From assembly GCA_951406725.2 (NCBI GenBank), contig OX597833.1, positions 54,436,001 through 54,500,000 on the forward strand: a stretch of DNA of 64,000 nt. Reading direction: 5' to 3'. Source of the stretch: Octopus vulgaris (taxonomy: Eukaryota). Position 1 is the stretch's first letter; the number at the start of each line of letters is the position of its first letter. Of this stretch, positions 11,753-25,351 are shown piece after piece. The position numbers and the translations under genes were made by a program. The notes under the pieces were generated by a model, which saw nothing but the letters and a program-made list of their open reading frames with translations, had not been told where the DNA came from and did no database searches.

Positions 11753-13454
11753 TTATATATATATATATATTATACTAATACATCTATATATATTATACTA
11801 ATACATCTGTTTGTTTTGTACACCACCTGTCTTCGTCTTTTGTTTTTTCATAAACTGTCCCCATAATATATATATAAATACATACATATATACATATGTA
11901 TGTATGTATGTATGTATAGGAGAATATTGTAGTTCACTTGAAGCACTGTGTATTGTCTGTAAAGAATAAAAAGTTTTGAATGGTACAACAATACACTATA
12001 GTACAGACAATGGACTATATACCTGTTGTAATTTAGTCATCCATAGTTTGATATGATATTTAGGAATAATATTCCTTCTTCAGATATTCTTAGATGGAGT
12101 CGCTGCTATAAGCCGTTTTCTAACGGCTTAGGTATGTATGTATGTATGTATGTATGTATGTATGTATGTATGCATCTATACATGTATGTATGTACACAAA
12201 AATTTAGAAAATATGAAGACAAGGCAAAAAAGCAAACAATGGCTGTGTGGTAAGAAGCCTGCTTCCCAACCACATGGTCCCAGGTTCAGTCCCACTGTGA
12301 GGCACCTTGGGTAAGTGTCTTCTACTATAGTCTCGGGCTAACCAAAGCCATGTGAGTGGATTTGGTAAACAGAAACTGAAAGAAGCCTGTCATATATATA
12401 TGTATATATTTGTATATATCTATATGTGTGTCTTTGTATCTGTGCTTGCCCCCACCCCACCCCACCCATCACTACTTGACAATTAGTGTTGGTGCATCTG
12501 CATCCCTGTAACTTAACCGTTCGGCAAAAGAGACTGATATAATAAGTATTAAGCTTAAGAAATAAGTCCTGAGATCGATTTGTTCAACTAAAAAACAAGA
12601 ACTTTTTAAAGTGGTGCCCCAGCATGGCCACAGTCACATGACTGAAACAAGTAAAAGAATAAGAGAATAAAACAGGTAATATAAAGTTCAGGAAAAACTA
12701 GAAGTCGTTTATGTTTTGAGCATGCGCTCTTCAGCAGAGAAAATAGGCAAGGAGAGAAGAAAACGGAGAGAGGAAAAAACAAACAGATCTGTGTGCCTTT
12801 GTGTGTGTTTGCTGTGCTTGTCTCCCCACACATTGTCATGCAAAGGGTTGGGAACAAATGCAGGGGGTGGTGGTTTGTTTATTCCATCATAGCTTAATCA
12901 TTTGGCAAAAAGGAACTGACAGAATAAGTATCAGACTTTAAAACAAAAAAAGAAGAAGGTGCTCCAGCATGGCCACATGACTAAACTAGTAAAGGACTAT
13001 GATTAAAACAAGTAAAGGATAAAAGATAAAAGATATATATATACTCTTTTACTCTTCTTTTACTTGTTTCAGTAATTTGACTGTGACCATGATGGAGCAC
13101 CGCCTTTAGTCAAGCAGAACAACCTCAGGACCTATTCTTTGTAACCTTAGTACTTACAATATCGGTCTCTTTTGCTGAACTGCCAAGTTATGGGGACATA
13201 AACACACCAGCATCAGTTGTCAAGCGATGTTGGGGGTGGGGACAAACACAGGCACACAAACATACACACACACACACCCACACACACATATTTATTACCA
13301 ACTATGTACGTTTTATTTATTTATTTTGCACATTACTTAATCATCGTTATATGTTTTATCTTATATTTAATTTTTCTATAATATGTAATTTTCTGGATGG
13401 TATAATTTAATTTTTCATTATTGAATTGATAAAAGGTGGGTTTTTTTCTAATTG

Positions 13455-13489
<35 letters not shown>

Positions 13490-14408
13490 TGACAGGCTTC
13501 TTTCAGTTTCCGTCTATCAAATCCACTCACAAGGCTTTGATTGGCCCGAGGCTATAGTAGAAGACACTCGCCCAAGGTACCACGCAGTGGGACTGAACCC
13601 AGAACCATGTGGTTAGTAAGCAAGCTATTTACCACACACCCACTCCTACATGGATATGAATATAACAAAAAAAATAAATAAATAAAAGCAAACATGGAAG
13701 ATATATCAGTGAGTATTAGTGTGGGATTGAAGTTAGTTTAGTCTGTTCGGCACAAATTGAGTCATAAAAATATGCGGAAAAAAAAAAAAAGAATGAAACA
13801 AACCAAGAGAAACAAAAAAAAATACAAGAATTGCAGTGGTTTTGGGATATGTTGTACAGATAAATAAATAGGTTAGGGTAGTGTTGTAACAACGTCTGAT
13901 TGAATCAGCTCGAAACGAGGATGGCGTTAGTCATTTCATTGGAAATCCTTCCATCAGTTCTTGTTAGTCATCAAACACTTTGAAATTATCTTTCATTTTA
14001 ATTGCAAGAATGTTCGCGTTTTCAGAAATGAACAATAATGAATGGTTGATAAAGCATTTGATTTAACACTTATTACTGAATCAGAACCGAATCTGTCTAC
14101 AACATCTGCGATAACCCTTGTAGATAATCACCTTTCATGGGAGAGAACGGCTCTGTTAGCTGTAATTCCGATTTTCTGATATAAACAATCTAATATTCTC
14201 AATCTGTTATGTTATTTGCGATGCTCTTTGAACTTTGCATTTGGAATAGTAAATTAGTGCTAATTCTACAGCGGCACTGATATATTTAAATACTTACATC
14301 TGACCAAGTTATAATGAACTTATGGTACCATGCACTGGTGGGTGATTAGCATAAATATGTTATTAGAAAGTCAGATTGCTGTTTTCGTTATTTATTATCA
14401 GCATCATC

Positions 14409-14485
<77 letters not shown>

Positions 14486-14924
14486 TGTCGTCATTGTACA
14501 TACTAATAGCAAAGATAAAAAAATAATAAACAACTTCTGCGGTAATTAGATTTACAGCCTGGCAGAGAGAATTGGAATAATAAATAAATGATAATTTCTT
14601 TTGACAAGGCACAAATACGGTTTGATTTAAAGGAAAGGAGGGATGGAAAGTTGTGGTAATCATGCCTTTCTCGAATAACATTAGGGATGTAAGTGGTCGT
14701 GAAATAACTTCAAACCAGAATTGAAACTACAATCTAGATAGAATGATATGAAAATTGTCCCTCGAGCAATAAGTTTTTATTTTTTACATTGTCCCTAGAT
14801 AAAGAATAAGCAAATAATAAATGTGTACATGTATGTGTGTGTGTATAAATGTATGTGTGTATGTAAACTGTCTAAGAATCGCTAAGTCAGGAAAAATGCA
14901 TTCATATATTTGTCATTAGAGAGC

Positions 14925-15222
14925 ATATATTAATCAAAGTGTACAGTATTACGGCTGATCTTAACAATTGGTTTCACACTTGGGGTTCAACAGACTGTTA
15001 GGTAACAGTTCAATTATATAACCCAGTGCTCATCAGAGGTAGTCATTATGGAATGAACTCTGGCAACATATTTCATTCTATTCATTCCATGATGGCTACC
15101 TCTGATGAGTGCAGGTTACATAATTGGATTGTTACCTAACACTCCATTGAACCCATAGTATGAAACTAATTAATAAGGGCAGCTGTAATGGATATATAAG
15201 ACTGTACACTTCAATTAATATA
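14925..15222. mobile_element. Decayed fold-back cassette with two divergent long-stem-II hammerhead motifs
   Basis: Arms ~14925-15057 and 15081-15222. CTGATGAG at 15102(+) with GAAA at 15162, mirrored by CTCATCAG at 15029 and TTTC at 14972. Confidence 0.6.
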
Positions 15223-15240
15223 TATATAAATATATATGTA

Positions 15241-15283
<43 letters not shown>

Positions 15284-15512
15284 ATATATATATATTCTCT
15301 TTTACTCTTTTCTCTTTTACTTGTTTCAGTCATTTGACTGCGGCCATGCTGGAGCACCGCCTTTAGTCGATCAAATCGACCCGGAACTTATTCTTTGTAA
15401 GCCCAGTACTTATTCTATCGGTCTCTTTTGCCGAACCACTAAGTGGCGGGGACGTAGACACACCAGCATCGGTTGTCAAGCAATGCTAGGGGGACAAACA
15501 CAGACACACAAA

Positions 15513-15543
<31 letters not shown>

Positions 15544-15713
15544 CATATATACGACAGGCTTCTTTCAGTTTCCGTCTACCAAATCCACTCACAAGGCATT
15601 GGTCGGCCCGGGGCTATAGCAGAAGACACTTGCCCAAGATGCCACGCAGTGGGACTGAACCCGCAACCATGTGGTTGGTTAGCAAGCTACTTACCACACA
15701 GCCACTCCTGCGC

Positions 15714-15746
<33 letters not shown>

Positions 15747-15879
15747 CATACATATATATATGTGTGTGCATGCATGCATGTGTGTGTGTATGTATGTATG
15801 TATAAGTTACAGGGGACGTAAATACACCAGCATTGGTTGTCAAGTGATGTTGGGGGGACAAACACAGACACACAAACAT

Positions 15880-15942
<63 letters not shown>

Positions 15943-15944
<2 letters not shown>

Positions 15945-16166
15945 TGAGAAGGTTGGTATGTGAAAGCACGTGGTTGGATGTATAGAAAATGGAAAATAGG
16001 GAAAAAGCTACAGAAGGCTTGTTTTATAAGGTTAACATGAAACCGGTAATTTCTCCAAAAACTATGTTACTATATGCAAAATTTTATAACATTTTTCTAA
16101 CATAACGACTTAAATATAGTCTTTAACCTTATAAAACAAGCCTTCTGTAGGTTTTTTTTCTATTTT
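15943..16166 (+). mobile_element. Miniature PLE remnant: inverted pLTR with tail, plus direct pLTR truncated inside the HHR
   Basis: Inverted repeat 15993-16035 / 16123-16166. GAAACCGGTAATTTCT at 16039 equals the 3' half of the HHR at 1388. The tail AAAGCACGTGGTTGGATGTATAGAAAAT resembles the 3478-3517 tail. Confidence 0.75.
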
Positions 16167-17098
16167 ATATATATATATATTTTATATATATATATATTTA
16201 TATATATATATATATATACATATATACGATGGCCTTCTTTCAGTTTCCGTCTACCAAATCCACTCACAAGGATTTGGTCGGGCCGAGGCTATAGTAGAAG
16301 ACACTTGCCCAAGTAGCCACGCAGTAGGACTGAACCCGGAACCATGTGATTTGTAAGCAAGCTACTTATCACACAGCTACTCCTACACCTAGAATGCACC
16401 CAAAAAAGAAGACATTAATGGTAATTTTAGTTCAAAACCATTTCTAATGGTGTCTCATTATCACATTTTTGTACTGGTGCAAAAATATTTAAAAAAATAA
16501 AAAAAGCATGAAACAAAAATATGAGCAAAAATAAGTAACTAAAGAGTGATTAAAAAATATTAAATGAAAAATTTAAGAAGACAATTACAAAAATAATTAT
16601 CTTCCAAATTAAATACCCTTGTGTTAAGTGTCAGCTGCATAATTCAAAATTCGTTGCATAAAATTTCACAACCTTCGAAAGGTTTCTTCGTTAGAATGTT
16701 TTATTTTCTCACCTGGAATGAAACAGAATGGAAATTTTCTCCTCATGGAATTTACACAAAGTCTACAAATGAATATAATAGCAGAACCACAAACAACTAC
16801 AACTACAACAGCAATTTCATTTTAATGACCACTTTTTCCATAGTGGAATGTTCCAGAAAGAATTTGTTGAGGCAGATCTTTCTACAGCTGGATGCCCTTC
16901 CTGTTGCCAGCTTTCACCTGCTTCAAATAGGATAGTGTTAGTATTTTCCCAAGACTAGACATGGCTTGACTGAAGATGGAAAATGAAGGACATTGCTTGC
17001 ATGATGTGAACAAGAAGACAGTAACACATCCCCCTACACTCACACACATTCATATACATACATACGTACATACATATATACATACATACATACATACA

Positions 17099-17184
<86 letters not shown>

Positions 17185-18305
17185 CATATATATATATGTA
17201 TATATATATAGGCATAGGAGTGGCTGTGTGGTAAGTAGCTTACTTACAAACCACATGGTTCTGGTATCAGTCCCACTGTGTGGCACCATGGGCAAGTGTC
17301 TTCTACTATAGCCTCAGGCCGACCAAAGCCTTGTGAGTGGATATGGTAGATGGAAACAGAAAGAAGCCCGTCGCATATATGTATATATATATATATATGT
17401 ATGTATGTGGCCTGCTCACTTAGCCAGCGGGGTAGCGTCATTCAAAGGCTAAAACAATGCGAACGCATTGTGACCAGCGATGTGTAGCAACATCTGATGG
17501 TCTGGTCGGTCACGTGATCACGTGATATATGTATGTGTGTGTATATGTTTGTGTGTCTGCGTTTGTCCCCCCAATATCACTTAACACCCGATGGTGTTGT
17601 ATTTACGTCCCCATAACTTAGCAGTTTGGCAAAAGAGACTGATAGAATAAGTACTAGGCTTACAAAGAATAAGTCCTGGGGATCGATTTGCTTGACTAAA
17701 GGTGGTGCTCCAACATGACTGCAGTCAAATGACTGAAACAAGTAAAAGAGTATAGATTGATATTATTTTTTGTTTTCAATTCTAAATGAAAGAAAGTTCA
17801 GGAGCGATTGAAGCTATTTGAAAAATTTCAGTAAAAACTGCTTAAAAAAATCAAACATTCATTACAAATTCCAATATTTAAAAAACTTCACAATTATATT
17901 CTTTTATTGTTTTATTCTTCTATTCGTTTCAGTCATTTGACTGTGGCCATGCTGGAGCACTGTTTTTAGTCGAACAAATCTTTGTAAGCCTAGCGTTTAT
18001 TCTACCTGTTTTGCTGAACCACTGAGTTATGGGAACATAAACACACCAACATCAGTTCTCAAGCGATGGTGGGGGTACAAACGCAAACACACAAACATTT
18101 ACACACACACACACACATATATACACAACGGGTTTCTTTCAGTTTTCATCTACCAAATCAACTCACAAGGCTGTGATTTGCTCAAGGCTATAGTAGAAGA
18201 CACTTGCCCAAGGTGCCATGCAGTGGGACTGAACCCAGAACCATGTAGCTGGCAAGCAAGTTACCACACACCCACTCCTGTGTCTATATATATATATATA
18301 TATAT

Positions 18306-18508
18306 ATTAATAGTAATAGTATGGCAACAAAAGAATGAATGATAGTTCACTATTATATAAATAGAGGAATTCATCTCTAATATAATATGTGACAATTATT
18401 TTTGTTTGTCTTAATAGCTGATGAGATGCCAGAGCAGATTTCTGCTTCGACATCAAAAACTTGGAGTTTTATTATGGCAACCGAATAATTGTCACATACT
18501 ATATTACA

Positions 18509-18512
<4 letters not shown>
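18306..18512. mobile_element. Fold-back cassette of the 4584 family with one decayed HHR (18413-18473, +)
   Basis: Shares ATGTGACAATTATT/AATAATTGTCACAT inverted ends and the tail with 4584-4853. Core reads CTGATGA-GATG...CATC-AAAAA-CTTGGAGTT. Confidence 0.65.
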
Positions 18513-18555
<43 letters not shown>

Positions 18556-18580
18556 GTAACATATATATATATATATATAT

Positions 18581-19458
18581 CATCATCAGAGCTGGCAAAC
18601 GGCCACGAATGGATGGTGCTTTCTATGTGCCACCGGCACAAGGGCCAGGCGAGGCTGGCAACGGACACGAAACGGGGCGGTGCTGGCAACGGTCGCGAAA
18701 CGGAAGGTTCTCTTACATGCCACCGGCACTGGTAACACATCTGCAATTTCCATTGATCGATTTCCATTCTGATCCTCACTTGCCTCAACGGGTCTTCACA
18801 AGTAGAGTTTCGACATGCCACCGGCACTGGTAACACATCTGCAATTTCCATTGATCGATTTCGATTCTGATCCTCACTTGCCTCAACAGGTCTTCACAAG
18901 TAGAGTTTTGTGTCCCAAGAAGGGAAGGTATGCATACGTAGGCTGGCTCCATCCCAAGTAGAAGACCACGGGTTATGGACTCACTTGTCCTGCCGGGTCT
19001 TCTCGCACACAGCACACTTCCAGAGGACTCGGTCTCTAGTCATTTCCTCAGTGAGACCTAAAGTTCGAAGGTCGTGCTTCACCACCTCGTCCCAGGTTTT
19101 CCTGGGTCTGCCTCTTCCACAGGTTCCTTCAACCGCTAGGGTGTGGCACTTTTTCACACAACTATCTTCATCCATTCTCGCCACATGACCATACCAGCGC
19201 AATCGTCTCTCTTGCACACCACAACTGATGCTTCTTAGGTCCAGCTTTTCTCTCAAGGTACTTACACTCTGTCGATTATGAACACTGACATTACACATCC
19301 ATTGGAGCATACTGGCTTCATTTCTTGCGAGCTTACGCATATCCTCAGCAGTCACAGCCCATGTTTCACTGCCATGTAGCATGGCTGTTCGTACACACGC
19401 ATCATACAGTCTGCCTTTCACTCTGTGCGAGAGGCCTTTTGTCACCAGCAGAGGTAAG
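18581..19458 (-). mobile_element. RTE-clade LINE, 3' fragment (C-terminal ORF region plus repetitive 3' UTR)
   Basis: KGRLYDACVRTAMLHGSETW..RRLRWYGHVARM..RGRPRKTW is the typical RTE C-terminus. Related UTR fragments, most ending in (GAT)n, at 21949-22310, 23314-23753, 24555-24750, 42140-42620, 56795-57200, 61500-61640, 63775-63966. Confidence 0.88.
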
Positions 19459-20263
19459 ATATATACATACATATACATACATATACATACATATATGTAT
19501 GTATATCTGTAATATATATATATATATTACAGATGTTAATGTAAACATCAGCAACAGCTTCAGTAACGACAACATCAACAACAGCAACACACATTATATT
19601 GTAAACATGCTATTGTAAACATAGTCAGGCTATGTAGAGGCACGTGATTTAACGGTTAGAATGTTGGACTCATGATCGTAAGATTGTGATTTCAATTCTT
19701 GGACTGGTCAATACATTGTGTTCTTGAGCAAAACACTTCATTTCACGTTGCTCTAGTCCACTCAGCTGGCAAAATTGAGTAATCCTGCGACGGACCGGCG
19801 TCCCATCCAGGTGGGGAATATTTACAACATGGAAACCGGAAACCGGTCCTTATGAATTGGTATGACTCAAGACAGAAACCTTTTTTATAGCCAGACCATG
19901 AAGGCCATATGGACTGAAAATATTAAGAAAAACCTAAGACTTCTATGATTCCATGATTATAGCAGCTTACCATTCGTTATTTCTTTCATACCTATTTGAA
20001 TATTATGGAACATTGGTTGTATTTATTAGCAGGAAGATGAATAATGAATGAACTGGAAGCTGGAAAACAAGAAAAAAAGAAAAAAAAACAAAGAAAACCA
20101 CTAAGATCACACACATAGACATGTACTGTGAATGAATTCCTCTAAGAATTTAACCTTTGAAATAATTATTCACACGGCATATTAAGTCACATGAGAAATT
20201 GAGATCACATGATACAACAATCAATCACTAAACAAACAGTTTTAGCTTGATACATGTGTAAGA

Positions 20264-20296
<33 letters not shown>

Positions 20297-20436
20297 TACA
20301 GTGGTATTACAGCAAAGTTGCAAATGCAACAGTTATTAACCGATGTAGTCGAAACATATGTAGGTCAATAAAAAGTTGTATTTAAATCAAAATGTAAATT
20401 AAAATTCAAGAAATGCTACTTCATCATATTCCTTAT

Positions 20437-20503
<67 letters not shown>

Positions 20504-20588
20504 TAATAATAAAAGGGTAAAAATCATTAATGATTTATACCAAGTGGTCTGTGCAGAAATAAAACCTCATAGGTACATTTTATAAATA

Positions 20589-20747
20589 ATTATAACAAGG
20601 GCTTGGCTTGTGGTTCACCATGCACTGAAAAATAGACGTCAAGAGATACTATTACCACTATAAGTTCTCCGAGAGAACTTATAGTGGTAACAGTGTCTCT
20701 TGACATCTATTTTTCAGTGCATGGTGAACCACAAGCCAAGCCCCTTG

Positions 20748-20754
<7 letters not shown>
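20589..20754. repeat. Near-perfect ~81-bp-arm palindrome with 3-nt loop
   Basis: 20589-20669 pairs with 20673-20754, with 3 substitutions and 1 indel. Confidence 0.92.
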
Positions 20755-20782
<28 letters not shown>

Positions 20783-20786
<4 letters not shown>

Positions 20787-20940
20787 AGAATTCACAAAAA
20801 ACACAAAAGACGAAGACATGTGGTGTAGAAAACAAACAGATGTATTTGTATAATGCTCGGGAATTGAAAAAAGTCTTTAATGTTTCAAGCCTACGCTCTT
20901 CTACAGAAAGGGACACAAAAAGAAACAAGGGGAGAAAATA
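20783..20940 (-). mobile_element. HHR-bearing pLTR-like element, second subfamily (decayed HHR at 20875-20910)
   Basis: Matches 25352-25533(+) and the partial copy at ~11790-11866. Confidence 0.6.
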
Positions 20941-21315
20941 TATATATATATATATACATACTAGATGGTACCCCATTAGTTACAACTGTGAGGGTTCCAG
21001 TTGATTGGATCAACAGAACAGCCTGCTCATGAAATTTATGCACAAGAGACTGAGCACTCCACAGACATGTATACCTTTAACGTAATTCTCAGGGAGATTC
21101 AGCATGACACAGAGTGTAACAAGGCTGGCCCTTTGAACTACAAGCACTACTCATTTTTGCCAGCTGAGTGGACTGGAGCAATGTGAAATAAAGTGTGTTG
21201 CTCAAGGATAAAAAACACGTCACTGAGAATTGAACTTATGATCTTATGATCATGAATTTAATGCCCTAACCACTGAGCCATGGGCCTTCACTATATATGT
21301 ATGCGTGGGTGTGAG

Positions 21316-21349
<34 letters not shown>

Positions 21350-21351
<2 letters not shown>

Positions 21352-24300
21352 AGCAGAAACACCTGTCATTGATTGGTTGAAAGAAGCTGCTAAAATTGTA
21401 CTATGAATATTGAAAGTTATTCACTTAGATTGTATTGAACATATATAAGAAATGGTTGTTGACTTTCATGTAGACGATAGAGCTATTTTCTTCTGGCCAC
21501 TATTATCACGAGTGCATGTGAATAAAAACTTCTCATCTACAATCTCTGGTATTTCAGTCTATAAATGAAGCCCACATCACACAGACTTTGGCTTATGTCT
21601 AATGCAAGATAATTAAATAAAAGTTCAGGGCAAATTAAAAACATGTGTACTATAATTTGTTGAGCTTAAGTATTACAACAAACATACAAATAGCTTTTCT
21701 TTAGATGAATACAGTGTGACGTTGACAATATTAATTCAAAGTTATAAATCATTCTGCAAATTTTTGTATGTTGATCCCATGGTAAAAACTTTCTTATAGA
21801 CAAATTTTCGGGTTTTACCAGTAGGGGCAAAAATGAAAAGATTGTTCTTGCTCCCCATTCTGGATGTCCCAACATATAACTGACTGTGTGAAAAACAGTC
21901 CTCTTCTAATTACAAACCAGCAATTTTCAAAGTCTGACCTTGGGACTTATCCGTCTCGTGGCCGTTTGCCAGCTCTGTCTGGCCCCCGTGTTGGTGGCAC
22001 GTAAAAGCACCATCCGTTCGTGGCCGTTTGCCAGCCTCGCCTGGCCCCCGTGGCGGTGACACGTAAAAGCACCATCCGTTCATGGCCGTTTGCCAGCCTC
22101 GCCTGGCCCCCATGCGGGTGGCACGTAAAAAGCACCCACTACACTCATGGAGTGGTTGGCGTTAGGAAGGGCATCCAGCCGTAGAAACACTGCCAGATCT
22201 GACTGGGCCTGATGAAGCCTTCCAGCTTCACAGACCCCAGTTGAACCGTCCACCCCATGCTAGCATGGAGAACGGACGCTAAATGATGATGATGATGATG
22301 ATGATGATGATCTCAAAAGACAGATATATTGGAAATTGAAGCCATTTGAACTTGAAGGGTATATTGGAAAGTACTAAAGGTAAGCAAGGAATAAAAACCT
22401 CCTCACCTTTTCCTCAGCCAGAAATTATTTTGGCCTATATAATATTTCTCATTAGTTCTTTGACTACAAGTCTTGTGCTATTGCACAGCTTTGGTTGAAA
22501 AAGGTTGCACAGAAGCATGATTGGAGCACTTAAGGTGGCGAGCTGGCAGAAACGTTAGCATGCCGGGCGAAATGCTTAGCGGTATTTCGTCTGTCTCTAT
22601 GTTCTGAGTTCAAATTCCACCGAGGTCAACTTTGCCTTTCATCCTTTCAGGGTCGATTAAGTAAGTACTAGTTATGCACTGGGGTCGATTAAGTAAGTAC
22701 CAGTTATGCACTGGGGTCGATTAAGTAAGTACCAGTTATGCACTGGGGTCGATTAAGTAAGTACCAGTTATGCACTGGGGTCGATTAAGTAAGTACCAGT
22801 TATGCACTGGGGTCGATATAATCGATTTAATCCATTTGTCTGTCCTTGTTTGTCCCCTCTGTGTGTAGCCCCTTGTGGGCAGTAAAGAAATAAGAAGCAT
22901 GATTGGAGCACCTATTTTCAATGGAAAACAATGAGAAGGAGCTCCTGATGTCTATAGTGAGCTTAAGAACTCAACCAGCTAATTGACTATTTCCAATTCA
23001 TCCACAACAGAGTCTATAGATTTGTAAGTATGTCCGTTTCCTGATAAAATTTTCTTGAGTCTTTCTTTTAAATTATTCCCCGTAATGTTCTTTGGTGCCA
23101 TAATTGTTCTTTAGTTCAACTAAATAGTATTTGTGTAATTTGAACTTATACTTGGGAAAACATTTTCAATAGATTCCTCAGCTGAGCCGACCAGCGTGCA
23201 GATTTTTGATGGATTCAAGTCACCTTCATGATTGATATTTAGCCTGCCTTTTCCAAGATGCAAAATAGTATGGGAAAATTGTTCTGACAGATGATCCCCA
23301 TGCAATTGTATCCTCATCATCATCATCATCATCATCATCATCGTCGTCGTTTAACGTCCGCTTTCCATGCTAGCATGGGTTGGACGGTTTGACTGTGGGC
23401 TGGCGAACCAGATGGCTGCACCAGGATCCAGTCTTGATCTGGCAGAGTTTCTACAGCTGGATGCCCTTCCTAACGCCAACCACTCCGAGAGTGTAGTGGG
23501 CACTTTTACGTGCCACCAGGACAGGGGCCAGTCAGGCGGTACTGGCAACGACCTCGCTCGAATCTTTTTACACATGCCAACAGCACAGGTGCCAGTAAGG
23601 CGATGCTGGTAACGATCCCGCTCGAATGGTGCCTCCTACATGCCACCGGCATGGAAGCCAGTTAGCCGCTCTGGCAACGATCACGCTTGGATGGTGCTCT
23701 TAGCACCCTACAAGCACGGGGCACAAGTGCCAGTAAGGCGAAGCTGGCAATGATGTAGAAAGCTTTAACACTTTACTATGTTTTCATAAAATAGATTTCA
23801 AGCATGCTTTCAATTCATCTGCCTTTGTTCCCCTGGGAATCACTGGCAAAATTTGTCTGAAATTACCTGAAAGTACTACTGTCACACCTTGCATCAAACA
23901 ACTGGAATTGCATAAATCCTGCAGCATTCTATGTTAACAGCTTCTACTGATTTTTTATGGGACATTGTAACTTCGTTCCCTATAATCAAAGAACATTTCA
24001 TGAGAACTTGAGCTAAAGAACTTTTACTAATACTGCAGATAGGTTTATCATTTGAAGTTAGATAGAATGGCAACTTGAATGCTGCATAAGCTGCTTGACC
24101 TCCTGGGTTACAGTAATTCCAGAGCTCACTACAGCTAAGGATATTTTCTTTTTACTGAGCGGCTTTGGTTTGCTCTAAACTTGTAACAAAAGGTTTTCCA
24201 GTTCCTCCGGTTCCGTCCAAAAGTTATAATCCTCCTTTCTTATGTGTTACTTGGTCAATGATTGTTGCATATGCAAGTTGTTGGTCTGGCAAAAGTTTTG

Positions 24301-24748
24301 GGACATTTTCTTCAAGGAATCTCGTTAATGAATCAATGTCTTATGAAATTTCTCGCAAAACTTCTGCAAGGCGCAGGAGTGGCTGTGTGGTAAGTAGCTT
24401 GCTAACCAACCACATGGTTCCGGGTTCAGTCCCACTGCGTAGCATCTTGGGCAAGTGTCTTCTGCTATAGTGCCGGGCCGACCAATGCCTTGTGAGTGGA
24501 TTTGGGAGACGGAAACTGAAAGAAGCCTGTCGTATATATGTATATATATATATATCATCATCATCATCATCATCATCATCGTTTAACGTCTGTTTTCCGC
24601 GCTAGCACGGGTTGGACGGTTCGACCAGGGTCTGGGAAGCCAGGGTCTGGGAAGCCAGGGGCTGCTCCAGGCTCCAGTCTGATCTGGCAGAGTTTCTACG
24701 GCTGGATGCCCTTCCTAACGCCAACCACTCCGCGAGTGTAGTGGGTGC

Positions 24749-24780
<32 letters not shown>

Positions 24781-25347
24781 TTCTGTGTCTGTGTTTGTCC
24801 CCCTAGCATTGCTTGACAACCGATGCTGGTGTGTTTACGTCCCCGTCACTTAGCGGTTCGGCAAAAGAGACCGATAGAATAAGTACTGGGCTTACAAAGA
24901 ATAAGTCCCGGGGTCGATTTGCTCGACTAAAGGCGGTGCTCCAGCATGGCCGCAGTCAAATGACTGAAACAAATAAAAGAGTAAAAGAGTAAAGAGTAAT
25001 CCAATTATTCACTTCATTTCGATGAGTTTCAGGTGATCCAAACTTGCTGAATCCCACCCCCCGTCCCATTGAGACAATGCGATCTTCAATATCAACCAAT
25101 GCAGAATCGTATGTCATCGTTGAATGTTATTTCTCTCTCAGAGAATCTTAAATGTGCTAGATAAATCATTCTTATATTTGTGCCACAATGCCAATGGATT
25201 ACTTACTTAACAATTCGGGAGAAGAACTGCAAAAAGATCTCTCAATGAAATAGGTGTGCAGTACATTGAAGCCTTCCACTAATTGTCATCTAACAAATTT
25301 AAGGCTAAAAAGGCTTCTCTATAAGTACAAATAATTTGACCATCAAT
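21350..25347 (-). mobile_element. Decayed autonomous Helitron (Rep-helicase linker and PIF1 helicase pseudogene) interrupted by four insertions
   Basis: Minus-strand translation gives TYREAFLALNLL, SNPLALWHKYK, LDGTGGTGK (Walker A), GNFRQILPVIPRG, LKIGAPIMLL, LQFP, KSQGQTL, CFSHSQLYVGTSR, with many stops and frameshifts. The 3' end CTAG|T is at 21350. Confidence 0.88.
22530..22892 (+). mobile_element. SINE family B with 19-bp TSD and five internal 32-bp tandem repeats
   Basis: TSD AGAAGCATGATTGGAGCAC at 22511-22529 and 22893-22911. Other copies at ~30630-30935, 31405-31698, 32720-32953(-), 39551-39770, 48453-48685(-), 52680-53098, 53150-53315, 62841-63064(-). Confidence 0.88.
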
Positions 25348-25351
25348 ATAT

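Noticed and set aside
13895-13920. CTGATTGA...GAAACG as a hammerhead
   Set aside because: Core spacing is wrong and there is no stem I or III or pLTR context.
22649-22817. 32-bp repeats as a CRISPR array
   Set aside because: Head-to-tail repeats without spacers, inside a eukaryotic SINE, with no cas genes.
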